DNA from: Candidatus Methylomirabilota bacterium
GTDB taxonomy: Archaea; Thermoproteota; Bathyarchaeia; 40CM-2-53-6
Direction: 5' to 3'
Length of the DNA: 64,000 nt
NCBI GenBank assembly: GCA_035524675.1
Contig: DATKOK010000147.1
Span: forward strand, 351-64,350
Of the stretch, positions 18,275-28,238 are shown piece by piece. The notes below the pieces were generated by a model. The model saw only the letters and a program-made list of their open reading frames with translations, was not told where the DNA came from and ran no database searches. Each line of letters starts with the position of its first letter. The first letter of the stretch is position 1. Position numbers and translations under genes: made by a program.

Positions 18275-19060
18275 TCAACTACTCCTCGGGACGGGGATCG
18301 GGAAGGAAATGCTGTTCGCCGTTGCTTTCCCGGTTGGCTCGTCGACCGGGATAAGTGATAGTTTGCCGTCATCCGTCTTTAGTTTAGCGAAGCCATAGGT
18401 GATGAGGAAGCTGATGAGGTAAGCTCTGTGCACAGTCTCTTGATATGTAGGCCTGCGAACAAACGTCCAATAATCTGTAACCTTCGAGCTCTCACAGGCG
18501 ATGCGAAGTTCTTCATGCAGGCGGTTGATTTGCGTGTTGAATTCTTCTCCGTGTACGCCCAGTCCTGTGAGCATTTCATTGTTAATTGGTGAAGGTGGCT
18601 TTCCTTCATTGGATTGTTTCTTCTTCCATCTCTCAGCAATTGGCAGGAGAGTGTCCCAGTAGTTGAGTGCATTGGTTACGGTTTCTTCTGTTAACTGTTC
18701 TAATTCTGCTAGGGGGTGCCAGCTCTGAAGGAGGACTTCGACAAGCCGCTTTTCACTCATTCGTTCCAGTTTTCGAACTATGAATTCGGGGTCAGCATAG
18801 AGGGCGCTAGATTGGAACTTCAGTTGTGTATTCTGGAGCCGTACAACTTCGGATAGGCGGTTAAGCGTGTGCGCGTCCATGCAATGGTCTTGAAATGTTT
18901 CCCATAGAGGAAAGAATTGTCGAAGAGTCTCTACGCCCAGTTTCACGTCAAGGAAGAACGGGTTGAATTTCCTTTCAGCTATGGCGTCACAAGTGTCGAC
19001 GAGTTCCTTTAACTCGCGTCTCCCTGCGGCTAGGGTGGGTTTCTTTGGGCTTTCACTCAC
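18275..19060 (-). CDS. Kleisin-like protein (ScpA/Nse4-like)
   Basis: 261 aa. N-terminal KFNPFFLDV resembles ScpA F-x-GP-LDLL. C-terminal VHRAYLISFLITYGFAKLKTDDGKLSLIP resembles the kleisin C-terminal winged helix (FLAxLEL...). 8-nt overlap with the SMC-like gene. Confidence 0.5.
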   Translation of the reverse strand: MSESPKKPTLAAGRRELKELVDTCDAIAERKFNPFFLDVKLGVETLRQFFPLWETFQDHCMDAHTLNRLSEVVRLQNTQLKFQSSALYADPEFIVRKLERMSEKRLVEVLLQSWHPLAELEQLTEETVTNALNYWDTLLPIAERWKKKQSNEGKPPSPINNEMLTGLGVHGEEFNTQINRLHEELRIACESSKVTDYWTFVRRPTYQETVHRAYLISFLITYGFAKLKTDDGKLSLIPVDEPTGKATANSISFPIPVPRSS

Positions 19061-20978
19061 CTGGAGTCAACTCGCTTACTACTGAGGCGCCTTCGACGTT
19101 TTGGACCACTATTACGTGGCTGTTGTCTGAGACGTTGACCTGTCCAGGTGTAATTGCGACATATTGGCCTTCCTTCATTGCCTTCGAGCTTGAGATGATC
19201 AGTTGGGTTACGAGTTCCCTATTCTTTGGATCCATGTGCACGTCAAACTCATCTATGGCTCGAAACGGGGAGGTTATGTGTTGCTGGAGGGCGAGGAGGA
19301 ACCCCATCATGGCGATGCTTCTTTCTCCGCCGCTCTGTGTGAATGCGTCCAGAGGAGTTGGTTTATTCCCTTTGAAACCAACGAGGATTTCGATGCCGCA
19401 CTTTTCTATATCTCGCGAGGATATTAGCCTTATAGCGCCTGTTGCGCCGACGCTAGTTAGAATCTCGTTATACCTGCCTGTTGATCCTTCAAGGAAACTG
19501 GTTAGGACGTCGCGCCAACGTGCGAGACGTTTGTCGAGTTCAGATAGCACTTCTTGGCGGCTAGTGGCGACCTGGTCAGCCTTCTGGCGCAGTTCCTCGT
19601 ATACCTTGGCGTAGGAAGAGTACACTTTCTCCACATCTTCACTGATGCTTGAAAGTGGGCGTATCTGCTCCTCTACAGCCCCCACTTCCAGCATTACGTC
19701 AACGATCTTCCTGAGGACTTCGGGGGCTGGTCCTGATTGTTCGGCCTGCGCAAGCATGGGGTCTACCTCTTCTCGTGCGAGCCTAACTTGCGCCTGCAGG
19801 TCCGCTACTTCTTCGGAAAGAAGTTTCTTCTTGAATCCTGAGACTTCATATTCGACGTTTGTGTCGATGAGGCGGGTAAGTGCGTCTTCCAGGCGACCGC
19901 TCGCATCTCCCATTTTGTCGCTGAGGGAACCCATTTTCTCTTTGGCTTTTGCCAGATTCTTCTGTGATTGCTCGACAGTCGCTGTCCACGACTGGCGTAG
20001 TTTGTCGAGACTCTCAGACTGCGTGGTACTTGCGTTTGCTGGGTCCGGAGGTAGAAAGTCTCGGAGTAGGTTCGTTGCCCATTCTAAATTGACTTCATTG
20101 GTCGTGGCTTCCTTTACAACTTCAATCCTCTTTCCTTCCAGTTCGATTCTTCCCAGGTTGAGCTCGTCGAACTTGGCCTGGCGTTTTTTCTTCATTTCTG
20201 CGAGTTCTTGTATCTTGCTTTCGATTGATTGTAGTGTACGCGATTTTGAATCGATACGATCCTGTAAATGTGACAGGGCTTCCTTCCGCTTCTGAATTCG
20301 AGCCCAGAGTAACTCGCGTTTCAATGTGTCTAGCTTCGTTTCCAGTTGTCTCTTCTGCAGAAACCTATCGTATTCCCGTTTCCAGTAATCATGTGTCTCC
20401 TTTGTTGATTCGAGTACTTGAGCCAAGGATTGCTCTTCGCTTGCAACGCTTTCTAATCGACGCTTTGCATCTAGAACATCTTCTCTGTAGGATTGGAACC
20501 CAACTGCTTCTTCGAGCATCTTGAGTTTATCTTGAGCACTGACAGCCGCAAATCTTCCCACCATGAACTGATGCATGATGACCAGGATATTGTCAGGGTT
20601 CAGCCCCAGAGTGCCGAAGACATCCGTTACGGAAGATTTTGGAACTGATTTGTTTTGTAGAAGATAGTAATACGTTCCGTTATGCTTCAGTACTCGCGTG
20701 AGCGCAACCGTGTCGGTGTGAAAGTGAGTGAATGGACGTTTCTCACCGGAATTGTCTAGGATCAATGTTATCCTCGCTTCTTCTGTTCCCCACTTTATGA
20801 GATCGCTTAACCTCTTGGATCTCTCAGTGTATGCTTGACCTAACACAACTGATATGGCCAACAGAATGGATGATTTTCCTGCGCCGTTGGGTCCGCAAAT
20901 GAGGTTCAGCCCAGGCTCCAGGGGAATGTATGCGTTCTCGTATGACATGAAATTTGTGAGAACTACACCCTTTATCAT
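19053..20978 (-). CDS. Short (641 aa) hingeless SMC-family ATPase with Smc5/Smc6-type head motifs
   Basis: N-terminus VVLTNFMSYENAYIPLEPGLNLICGPNGAGKSSILLAISVVLG (Walker A), about 350 aa of coiled coil, and C-terminus QSGGERSIAMMGFLLALQQHITSPFRAIDEFDVHMDPKNRE...QYVAITP (signature, Walker B, D-loop). Confidence 0.8.
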   Translation of the reverse strand: MIKGVVLTNFMSYENAYIPLEPGLNLICGPNGAGKSSILLAISVVLGQAYTERSKRLSDLIKWGTEEARITLILDNSGEKRPFTHFHTDTVALTRVLKHNGTYYYLLQNKSVPKSSVTDVFGTLGLNPDNILVIMHQFMVGRFAAVSAQDKLKMLEEAVGFQSYREDVLDAKRRLESVASEEQSLAQVLESTKETHDYWKREYDRFLQKRQLETKLDTLKRELLWARIQKRKEALSHLQDRIDSKSRTLQSIESKIQELAEMKKKRQAKFDELNLGRIELEGKRIEVVKEATTNEVNLEWATNLLRDFLPPDPANASTTQSESLDKLRQSWTATVEQSQKNLAKAKEKMGSLSDKMGDASGRLEDALTRLIDTNVEYEVSGFKKKLLSEEVADLQAQVRLAREEVDPMLAQAEQSGPAPEVLRKIVDVMLEVGAVEEQIRPLSSISEDVEKVYSSYAKVYEELRQKADQVATSRQEVLSELDKRLARWRDVLTSFLEGSTGRYNEILTSVGATGAIRLISSRDIEKCGIEILVGFKGNKPTPLDAFTQSGGERSIAMMGFLLALQQHITSPFRAIDEFDVHMDPKNRELVTQLIISSSKAMKEGQYVAITPGQVNVSDNSHVIVVQNVEGASVVSELTPGE

Positions 20979-21124
20979 TGAACCCGAGCTGCCGTTTTGG
21001 ACCTAACAATTTCTCGATGCGTAAAAATGTTCAGGGACCGCCGAGGTCTGCACCATCTAACGGCCCATTTTGATTCTGTATATGCATGGTCTATGAACGC
21101 GTAGACATAATCATCATTGTGTAA

Positions 21125-21133
21125 GTTTATATA
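21125..21133 (+). promoter_or_regulatory. TATA box (TTTATATAA) for gar1-tfb
   Basis: Strong TATA element about 48 nt upstream of the gar1 TTG start, with gggagtgaag between them. Confidence 0.4.
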
Positions 21134-21176
21134 AGGATCAGAGCTCACGCATGCTTGCGGGAGTGAAGAACAGAGT

Positions 21177-21407
21177 TTGCAAAGGCTCGGCAAAATCCTC
21201 CACTTATCGAAAAGCCGAAGCCTCATTTTGAGATGTGAGACATCCCGCTTCGTGAAAATGGGAAGTACGGCCTGTGATAGTAAACTCAAGGAAATTGGAA
21301 GAATCCATGACATCTTTGGTCCAGTATCTTCACCATACCTGTCAGTTAGACCAACAGTCTCTTCACCCGCCAGATACGTAGGTCGAGTCGCGTACTCTCT
21401 CGATTAA
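21177..21407 (+). CDS. gar1: H/ACA RNP component Gar1
   Basis: (M)QRLGKILHLSKSRSLILR...EIGRIHDIFGPVSSPYLSVRP matches archaeal Gar1 (MKRLGKVLH...DVFGPV..PY). TTG start. Usual position upstream of tfb. Confidence 0.85.
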   Translation: MQRLGKILHLSKSRSLILRCETSRFVKMGSTACDSKLKEIGRIHDIFGPVSSPYLSVRPTVSSPARYVGRVAYSLD

Positions 21408-21420
21408 GGCAGATGAAATA

Positions 21421-22377
21421 GTGTCCGAAGATTTAGACTCTGAAGCAAGCGAAGCACTTCAATCGCAAAGCAAGATTCGCGTCTGCCCCGAGTGCGGCGG
21501 ACCCAAGCTAATGAGGGACTACGAGGCGGCGGAAATTGTATGCATGGCATGCGGATTCGTGATCGATGAGAAACTGGCCGACGCTAGACCAGAATGGCGA
21601 GCGTTCGATGATGAGCAGAAATCCAAGCGGACACGCGTTGGAGCGCCCTTGACTTATACTATACACGACAAAGGTCTATCGACGGTAATAGATTGGCGTG
21701 ATCGGCGTGCTTTAGGAAAACGAGCCACTGCAACTCAGAGACTAGATCTGTATAAGCTTAGAAAGTGGCAGAGTCGCGTCAGAGTTTCAGATGCGACTGA
21801 AAGAAACCTAGCAGTCGCCTTGGCTGAACTAAGTAAGTTGGCCTCCGCCCTCAACCTGCCGAAGAACATCCTGGAAACCGCGTCGGTGATTTACCGTCGC
21901 GCGATAAAGAAGCGGCTGATTCGCGGAAGATCTATTCATAATGTTACGGCAGCCGCGATTTACATGAGCTGTCGACAGTGCGGTGTTCCAAGAACATTGG
22001 ATGAGATCGCTGGATCTTCGAGCCTCAACAAGAAGGATATCGGCAGGAGCTACCGCTTTATGGTCAGGGAGTTAGAGGCGTTCGTCCCTCCTTCCACTAG
22101 CCGGAACTACGCTGCACGTTTTAGCAATAAATTGGTGATCTCGGGTAAGGCTGAAGCTATTGCAATAAAGATCTTAGAGATTGCAAAGCAGATGAAATTG
22201 ACAAGCGGAAGAGGTCCAACAGGCATCGCCGCGGCAGCAACCTACATCGCTACCGTCCTGACGAATGAGAGGAAGACTCAGAGAGAGATTGCAGAGATTG
22301 CGAACGTGACTGAAGTTACCATCAGAAATAGGTACAAAGAGCTTCTGGAACGACTCTTCATCGAAGTACCCGTCTAG
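21421..22377 (+). CDS. tfb: Transcription initiation factor IIB (TFB)
   Basis: Zn ribbon CPECGG...CMACG followed by two cyclin-fold repeats. GTG start, TAG stop. Confidence 0.95.
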   Translation: MSEDLDSEASEALQSQSKIRVCPECGGPKLMRDYEAAEIVCMACGFVIDEKLADARPEWRAFDDEQKSKRTRVGAPLTYTIHDKGLSTVIDWRDRRALGKRATATQRLDLYKLRKWQSRVRVSDATERNLAVALAELSKLASALNLPKNILETASVIYRRAIKKRLIRGRSIHNVTAAAIYMSCRQCGVPRTLDEIAGSSSLNKKDIGRSYRFMVRELEAFVPPSTSRNYAARFSNKLVISGKAEAIAIKILEIAKQMKLTSGRGPTGIAAAATYIATVLTNERKTQREIAEIANVTEVTIRNRYKELLERLFIEVPV

Positions 22378-22396
22378 ATTTCTCCGGTCGGATCAG

Positions 22397-25300
22397 CTAG
22401 GCCCTTTCAAGTCCGACTTCCATGGATTCACCAAAGAGGCTGTATTGGGCGCGATGAGCTGCGGATGGAATTTCTGCATTAACTATTTTCTTCGCTAACG
22501 TCTCGGCTGAGATGTATTCAGAAAATTCCTTGAATACGAGGGATATCCTTTTGTCCGCCTTGAAATAGACTATTATATGTTCTGAGATTTCAAAACCTGC
22601 TTGTTTCCGTTGGTTCTGTATTCGCCGCACGATATCCCTTGCGAGGCCTTCGTTTCGCAGCTCATCTGTGATTTCTGTATTCAACGCGAATGTGATCGTG
22701 CCTTCCTCGACAACGGCTAGTCCTTCTTTAGGTGCGGACGTAACTTCAACTTCGGCGGGTGTGATGATGATTGTCTGATCGGCAGTTTCAAACTCGATGT
22801 TCTGACCCTTGTGGATTCGGCTCGCAAGTGAATCCTGGTCCATGGATTCTATCTTAGATTTTACGTCAGGGTACGCTTGTCCGTACTTGGCTCCTAGGAG
22901 TTCTGGACGTAGTTTCAATTTATGTTCGATGATTTGTTCTTTGGATGCACTGAACTCAAGTTCTTTCACGTTCACTTCGTCCTTTATGACCTCTCTCATG
23001 GTTTCTAAGCGTTTGAGACTTGTTTCATCTGCAATTACGATGGCTTTTGAGAGGGGTTGGCGGAGCTTGATCCCTGCATCATTCCGCGCTGAGTGACCGA
23101 GGCTGCAAGTCTGTGCTGCTAGGTCCATTGAAGATGTAATTTCATTATCGATAAGTGATTTATCGACGGTTGGCCATCTGCAGTGATGTATGCTCACGAC
23201 TGAATTTGGGTCCGGAGACCTGACTAGATTCTGGTAGATTTCTTCAGAAACGAACGGCGTAAACGGTGCGAGAAGCTTGGTTAACGTAACTAGTGATGTG
23301 TAGAGGGTTGTGTAAGCAGCATTCTTGTCAGAGTCAGCTTCACTCTTCCAGAACCGGCGCCGTGACCGTCGTAGGTACCATCTTGAGAGTTGGTCAACGA
23401 ACAGTTCAAGGCGGAGTGCTGCGCCCGCTGGGTCGTATGACTCGAGGAGGCTTGTTACGTCCTGGACGAGCAGTTGGAGCTTTGAGAGTAGCCATTTGTC
23501 TAGAAGAGAATAATCGAATTGTGTAGAATCTGGCTTCCAATTATCGAGGTTAGCGTAGGTAGTGAAGAATCCGTAAATGTTCCAGAGCGGGATCATGAAT
23601 CTGCGTTTTATGTCCTCGGCTTGTCTGTAGCCGAACCTCATGTCTGTCTCTGGTCGAGTTGTGCAGTACATCCATCGCATGAGGTCTGCGCCCATTTTCT
23701 CAACCGCGTCGTCGAACCAAATGGCGTTCCCAGCTGATTTGTGCATCTCGGTTCCGTCTTCTGCCAGAACGGATCCGTGACCGAAGCACGCGCGGGTTGG
23801 TGAGGAGTCTTCCAAGACCGTGCTCATTGCCAAGAGCGAATAGAACCAGTTTCTGAACTGGCCTGGCAAGGATTCACATATGAGGTCGGCCGGGAACCAA
23901 GCCTCCCAATACCTTCGATCTGTGGAGTAGCTTAGTGTGGAGTACGCTACGATCCCAGCGTCGAGCCAAGGGTTTCCCACGTCCTGAATCCGCTGAACTT
24001 GTGTTCCGCAGTGCGGACATCGTATTGTGACTGCATCTATCCAAGGTCTGTGGGGCGAGTGGCCCTCGAAGGTCGCCCATCCAGAGACTGCTCGCGATTT
24101 GAGTTCCTCCTTACTGCCTATGATCTCGAACTTGCCGCACTTTTTGCACTCCCAAATTGGAAGTGCCAGACCCCAGTATCTCTTCTTCGAGATCATCCAG
24201 TCGCTCATGTTCCTAAGCCAATCTTGTTCCCTAGACATGCCGTAAGGTGGAGTCCACTGAATCTTCGAGGTAACCTCCATTATTCGATATCGAAGGTTTT
24301 CTCGCTTTTCCTCTTGGGTCAGTTCTTCAGAGGGTTTGTCCAGTTTCTTACCCATTGAGATGAACCATTCGTCAACGAGTCTGAACACGAGTTCGCTGCC
24401 GCATCTCCAACATACCGGATAACGATGGGAGTATTGCTCGACTTTGAACAATAGCCCCTTCTTCTCTAATGCCTTGATGATTCTTTGCGCTGACTCGTAG
24501 ACGTGCACTCCGGTGAATTCTCCATAGCCCTCGTTGAAAATGCCATATTCGTTGATTGGAGATAGTGTAGTTAGGTCAAATTGCTTACCTAATTCGAAGT
24601 CTTCCTTTCCTGCTCCGGGCGCAATGTGTACTAATCCAGTTCCCTCTGCTTCGCTGACCTCTGTCCACGGTATGACTTTATGTTTCGTTGCAGTGGAGGA
24701 TTTCTCAACAGCTTCCAACTCGTCAAATGGGCCCTTGTATTCGACTCCTAAGAGATCGTTTCCTGAAAGTTCCTGCAGAGTTTCGCAGGTTCCAACTTTG
24801 GCCAAGGTTGCCTTAGCGAGGTACAAAACTTCATTCTGTTTTCGTATCTTGACATAGGCTATCTGCGGGTTGACCGCTACTGCGACGTTTGATGTTAGAG
24901 TCCATGGTGTTGTCGTCCAAACTAGGAGAGCTTCGTTTGGTCTGTTTTTGAGGTTGAATTTTACTGTGACTGCCGGATGCACAAGTTCCTTGTATCCTTC
25001 TGTCGCAATCTCATGTTCTGAAAGTGCGGTCGAGCATCGCGGGCACCACGGCATTATATCCGTGCCCTTGTATATCCATCCGCTTTCATGACACTTCTTC
25101 AGGAACGCCCATATGGAATAGTTATTTTCATCGGACATCGTGTAATATGATCCGCCCAGGCGGTTGTCGCCGAGTTGGCCGACGATCTGCTCTGCGGTCC
25201 CGACAATCTTCTCTCCAGTTGTACCGGTATATTCGAATGTTGTCTCCGGCTTATCCAACTTCTCAGCGAGATCCTGCAGCTTATCTGGATCATCCCAGTC

Positions 25301-25726
25301 CATCCAATACCCAAGTCTAATCGACTGTCGGGTTTGGACACTTGAGAACTTGAGGGCCCTCTGTTTGCACCGTTTGACGAACTCGGCAATTCCGAAGGCC
25401 TCGATGTCACGTTTAGATTTGAATCCGAGCTCCTTTTCCACTTCGACTTCAATCCATAATCCTTGGCAGTCAAATCCGTTCTGGAAGCGCAAGTTGTATC
25501 CTTTCATGGAATTGAATCGTTGGAAGAGGTCCTTGTACGTGCGTCCCCATGCATGGTGTACTCCCATTGGATTGTTCGCGGTAAGTGGACCGTCTATGAA
25601 CGACCAGTGATCAGCGCTCTTATTCATCGTCTTTAGAATTTTGAAAGAGTTGGTTGAGTTCCAGAGCGCGAGTATTCTGTGCTCCAACTCAGGGAAGCTG
25701 ACATCGAGTTTGACTTTATTGTACAC
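22397..25726 (-). CDS. ileS: Isoleucyl-tRNA synthetase
   Basis: 1109 aa. HIGH-type PMGVHHAWGR, KMSKS-type EMHKSAGN, editing and Zn-binding regions. Confidence 0.95.
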   Translation of the reverse strand: MYNKVKLDVSFPELEHRILALWNSTNSFKILKTMNKSADHWSFIDGPLTANNPMGVHHAWGRTYKDLFQRFNSMKGYNLRFQNGFDCQGLWIEVEVEKELGFKSKRDIEAFGIAEFVKRCKQRALKFSSVQTRQSIRLGYWMDWDDPDKLQDLAEKLDKPETTFEYTGTTGEKIVGTAEQIVGQLGDNRLGGSYYTMSDENNYSIWAFLKKCHESGWIYKGTDIMPWCPRCSTALSEHEIATEGYKELVHPAVTVKFNLKNRPNEALLVWTTTPWTLTSNVAVAVNPQIAYVKIRKQNEVLYLAKATLAKVGTCETLQELSGNDLLGVEYKGPFDELEAVEKSSTATKHKVIPWTEVSEAEGTGLVHIAPGAGKEDFELGKQFDLTTLSPINEYGIFNEGYGEFTGVHVYESAQRIIKALEKKGLLFKVEQYSHRYPVCWRCGSELVFRLVDEWFISMGKKLDKPSEELTQEEKRENLRYRIMEVTSKIQWTPPYGMSREQDWLRNMSDWMISKKRYWGLALPIWECKKCGKFEIIGSKEELKSRAVSGWATFEGHSPHRPWIDAVTIRCPHCGTQVQRIQDVGNPWLDAGIVAYSTLSYSTDRRYWEAWFPADLICESLPGQFRNWFYSLLAMSTVLEDSSPTRACFGHGSVLAEDGTEMHKSAGNAIWFDDAVEKMGADLMRWMYCTTRPETDMRFGYRQAEDIKRRFMIPLWNIYGFFTTYANLDNWKPDSTQFDYSLLDKWLLSKLQLLVQDVTSLLESYDPAGAALRLELFVDQLSRWYLRRSRRRFWKSEADSDKNAAYTTLYTSLVTLTKLLAPFTPFVSEEIYQNLVRSPDPNSVVSIHHCRWPTVDKSLIDNEITSSMDLAAQTCSLGHSARNDAGIKLRQPLSKAIVIADETSLKRLETMREVIKDEVNVKELEFSASKEQIIEHKLKLRPELLGAKYGQAYPDVKSKIESMDQDSLASRIHKGQNIEFETADQTIIITPAEVEVTSAPKEGLAVVEEGTITFALNTEITDELRNEGLARDIVRRIQNQRKQAGFEISEHIIVYFKADKRISLVFKEFSEYISAETLAKKIVNAEIPSAAHRAQYSLFGESMEVGLERA

Positions 25727-25962
25727 CGGTATCTAACCTCATATGCGAAAGGTGTTGAGTGCATTCTGAAAGATAGTTTAAACCAATTGCTCGCTTTTCA
25801 AGGAAAGGACAGAATTGGGTACATGTGACCAGATTCAAGAAGGTGTTCTTCGAATGGTTGCTAGACGATTTGTCGGTCACCTTTCATGATCGGCACCTTC
25901 GTGAGTTCAGCTTCTCTTATCCGTATTTTAATCTACCTCAATGAGTCGTGACGTTTTTGTAA

Positions 25963-26979
25963 GTGTCTCACTCAAGAGATGCGAACACGTTGTACTATCT
26001 GGGAATCGAATCGACTGCACACACTTTCGGTGCGAGTGTCGTTGATGAATCAGGGAAGATCTATTCGAACGCTCAAGACGTTTACAAGTCCCTGGCGGGA
26101 AGCGGAATACACCCTCGAGAAGCTGCAGAGCATCATAGCGAAGTTGCAGCCAGCGTACTCCGTGAAGCATTACTGGAAGCTCATGTGTCTGCAAAAGAAT
26201 TGGATGGCGTGGCAATCGCTTTGGGCCCCGGTTTGGGCCCTTGCCTCAGGGTTGGAGCGACAGTAGCCAGATCATTGTCATCGTATCTCAAAATTCCGTT
26301 GATTCCAGTTAACCACGCAATCGGCCATATAGAAATTGGTATTCTCACCACCGGAGCTACAGACCCACTTGTGGTCCTGGTGTCAGGTGGGCACACCGCT
26401 ATCGCAGCGTTTTCAGGAGGACGATGGAGGATCTTCGGTGAGACTGAGGATATTACGATTGGGAATCTATTCGACATGTTCGCACGCGAGATCAATCTTC
26501 CATCCCCAGCTGGACAACAGATCGAGAAGCTGACGCAAAACGCCTCGAAGTTCATTCCTCTTCCTTATGTCGTAAAGGGAAACGATGTATCCTACTCCGG
26601 CTTGCTCACGGCGTCCTTGGCAAAACTCCGCTCCGGAGAGCGACTCGAAGATGTATGCTACTCGATGCAAGAAGTTTCCTGCTCTATGCTAGCCGAGGCC
26701 GTTGAAAGATCCCTGGCGTACACTGGTAAGAAAGAGATTCTCCTCACCGGTGGGGTGGCAGCGAACAAGTCGTTACAAGATAAGCTCGAGAAGGTTGCGG
26801 CAATCCACGACGCTGTCTGCCACACGGTAACTTCCCCCTATACGGGGGACAACGGAGCTCAGATCGCATGGACCGGAGTTCTATCTCGGAAAGAGGGAGT
26901 GGTCACGAAGGTAGAAGATTCACAAGTAAGACCTAGGTGGAGGCTCGAAGACGTTGACATTCCATGGCGTAGAAACTAA
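25963..26979 (+). CDS. kae1: tRNA N6-adenosine threonylcarbamoyltransferase Kae1 (KEOPS)
   Basis: LGIESTAHTFGASVVD, NHAIGHIE, GGVAANK. Confidence 0.92.
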   Translation: MSHSRDANTLYYLGIESTAHTFGASVVDESGKIYSNAQDVYKSLAGSGIHPREAAEHHSEVAASVLREALLEAHVSAKELDGVAIALGPGLGPCLRVGATVARSLSSYLKIPLIPVNHAIGHIEIGILTTGATDPLVVLVSGGHTAIAAFSGGRWRIFGETEDITIGNLFDMFAREINLPSPAGQQIEKLTQNASKFIPLPYVVKGNDVSYSGLLTASLAKLRSGERLEDVCYSMQEVSCSMLAEAVERSLAYTGKKEILLTGGVAANKSLQDKLEKVAAIHDAVCHTVTSPYTGDNGAQIAWTGVLSRKEGVVTKVEDSQVRPRWRLEDVDIPWRRN

Positions 26980-27613
26980 GCCTCCCACCCTCATATATAC
27001 GGGTGCGGAAGCTGAGATCTACATACAAGAATGGTTCGGCGAATTAGCAATTCGTAAGCAGAGGATACCGAAATCGTACAGGGTCTCACTGCTGGACGAT
27101 AACATTCGACACCTAAGAACCTCACATGAGGCAACAATGCTCCGTGAGGTTCGGAAACTAGGGGTGGCCGTTCCCACCGTTCAGCACATCGACCAAGAAT
27201 CAACATCCTTGATCATGGATTATATTAGTGGAAGAACCTTGAAAGAGGAATTACACATTGTATCGAAATCTGAACGTAGAACTCGTTGCAGGGCGTTAGG
27301 CGAACTTCTCGCAGTAATGCACCTGGGAGGCGTCGTGCATGGTGACGTCACACTTTCAAATGTCATCTCTCAAAATGGAAAGTTATTCATGATCGACTTT
27401 GGACTCGGCAATTTCTCTAAAGAAGACGAAGCGATGGGAATAGACCTCCTACTCCTAAAGCGATCGATACGTAGCACCCATTACATGTTTCATACTGAGC
27501 TATTCAGATCCTTCGTGGAGGGGTACAGAGACGTTCGGGGACGCAAGTCTGACGAAATCCTGGAAAAGATGCGAGAAGTTGAGCGAAGAGGAAGGTACTT
27601 TGAAAGAGGTTAA
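26954..27613 (+). CDS. bud32: KEOPS kinase/ATPase Bud32
   Basis: GAEAEIY, HGDVTLSNVI and MIDFGL (RIO-like kinase motifs). Overlaps the kae1 3' end. Non-ATG start. Confidence 0.85.
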   Translation: MTFHGVETKPPTLIYTGAEAEIYIQEWFGELAIRKQRIPKSYRVSLLDDNIRHLRTSHEATMLREVRKLGVAVPTVQHIDQESTSLIMDYISGRTLKEELHIVSKSERRTRCRALGELLAVMHLGGVVHGDVTLSNVISQNGKLFMIDFGLGNFSKEDEAMGIDLLLLKRSIRSTHYMFHTELFRSFVEGYRDVRGRKSDEILEKMREVERRGRYFERG

Positions 27614-28181
27614 ACGGACTATTCAATTTGTAACAAAGAACAAAGGCAAATTCGATGAAGCGGCTCGCATCGCTCTCGATTACGGGATCAGACTGGCACA
27701 AGTGAGGCTAGATAAGTATGAAATACAAGCGGACGATCTGAGAAAGATCGCAACTGTGTCTGCAGAGCAAGCACTCTGGAAGGTCGGAGCGTCGGCAATA
27801 TTGGCCGAAGACGCCGGCCTCTTCATCGAGTCCCTAGACGGTTTTCCAGGGCCCTACTCATCATATGTTTACCGAACTCTGGGAGTGGGAGGGATATTGA
27901 AGTTGTTGGAGAATATCAGAAAGAGGGAGGCTTATTTTGCTTGCGTAGTAGCGTATTGTTGCAGAGATTACACTAAATGCTTTGAGGGTGTCGTGAACGG
28001 AAAGATCAGTCTCAAGGCACGGGGCAGGCAGGGTTTTGGATTCGACCCTATCTTCATTCCAAGTCAGGGAGATCGTAGAACATTCGCGGAGATGGGTATT
28101 GACCAAAAGAATCGTTTCTCACATAGAGCATTGGCATTCTCAAAATTCTGTAGATGGTCAAATTCGCAGTTTGCAAAATGA
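27579..28181 (+). CDS. Non-canonical purine NTP pyrophosphatase (HAM1/RdgB/ITPase family)
   Basis: IQFVTKNKGKFDEA, EDAGLFIESLDGFPGPYS, GFGFDPIF. Confidence 0.85.
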   Translation: MSEEEGTLKEVKRTIQFVTKNKGKFDEAARIALDYGIRLAQVRLDKYEIQADDLRKIATVSAEQALWKVGASAILAEDAGLFIESLDGFPGPYSSYVYRTLGVGGILKLLENIRKREAYFACVVAYCCRDYTKCFEGVVNGKISLKARGRQGFGFDPIFIPSQGDRRTFAEMGIDQKNRFSHRALAFSKFCRWSNSQFAK

Positions 28182-28238
28182 CTAAGTTAATTAGCCGAAT
28201 CAAAAGACTAGCATGAAAGTCGATGATATGCTTGGAGC

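Noticed and set aside
20975-21313. 112-aa minus-strand ORF
   Set aside because: It lies antisense to the clearly recognisable gar1 gene and its promoter, and has no motif.
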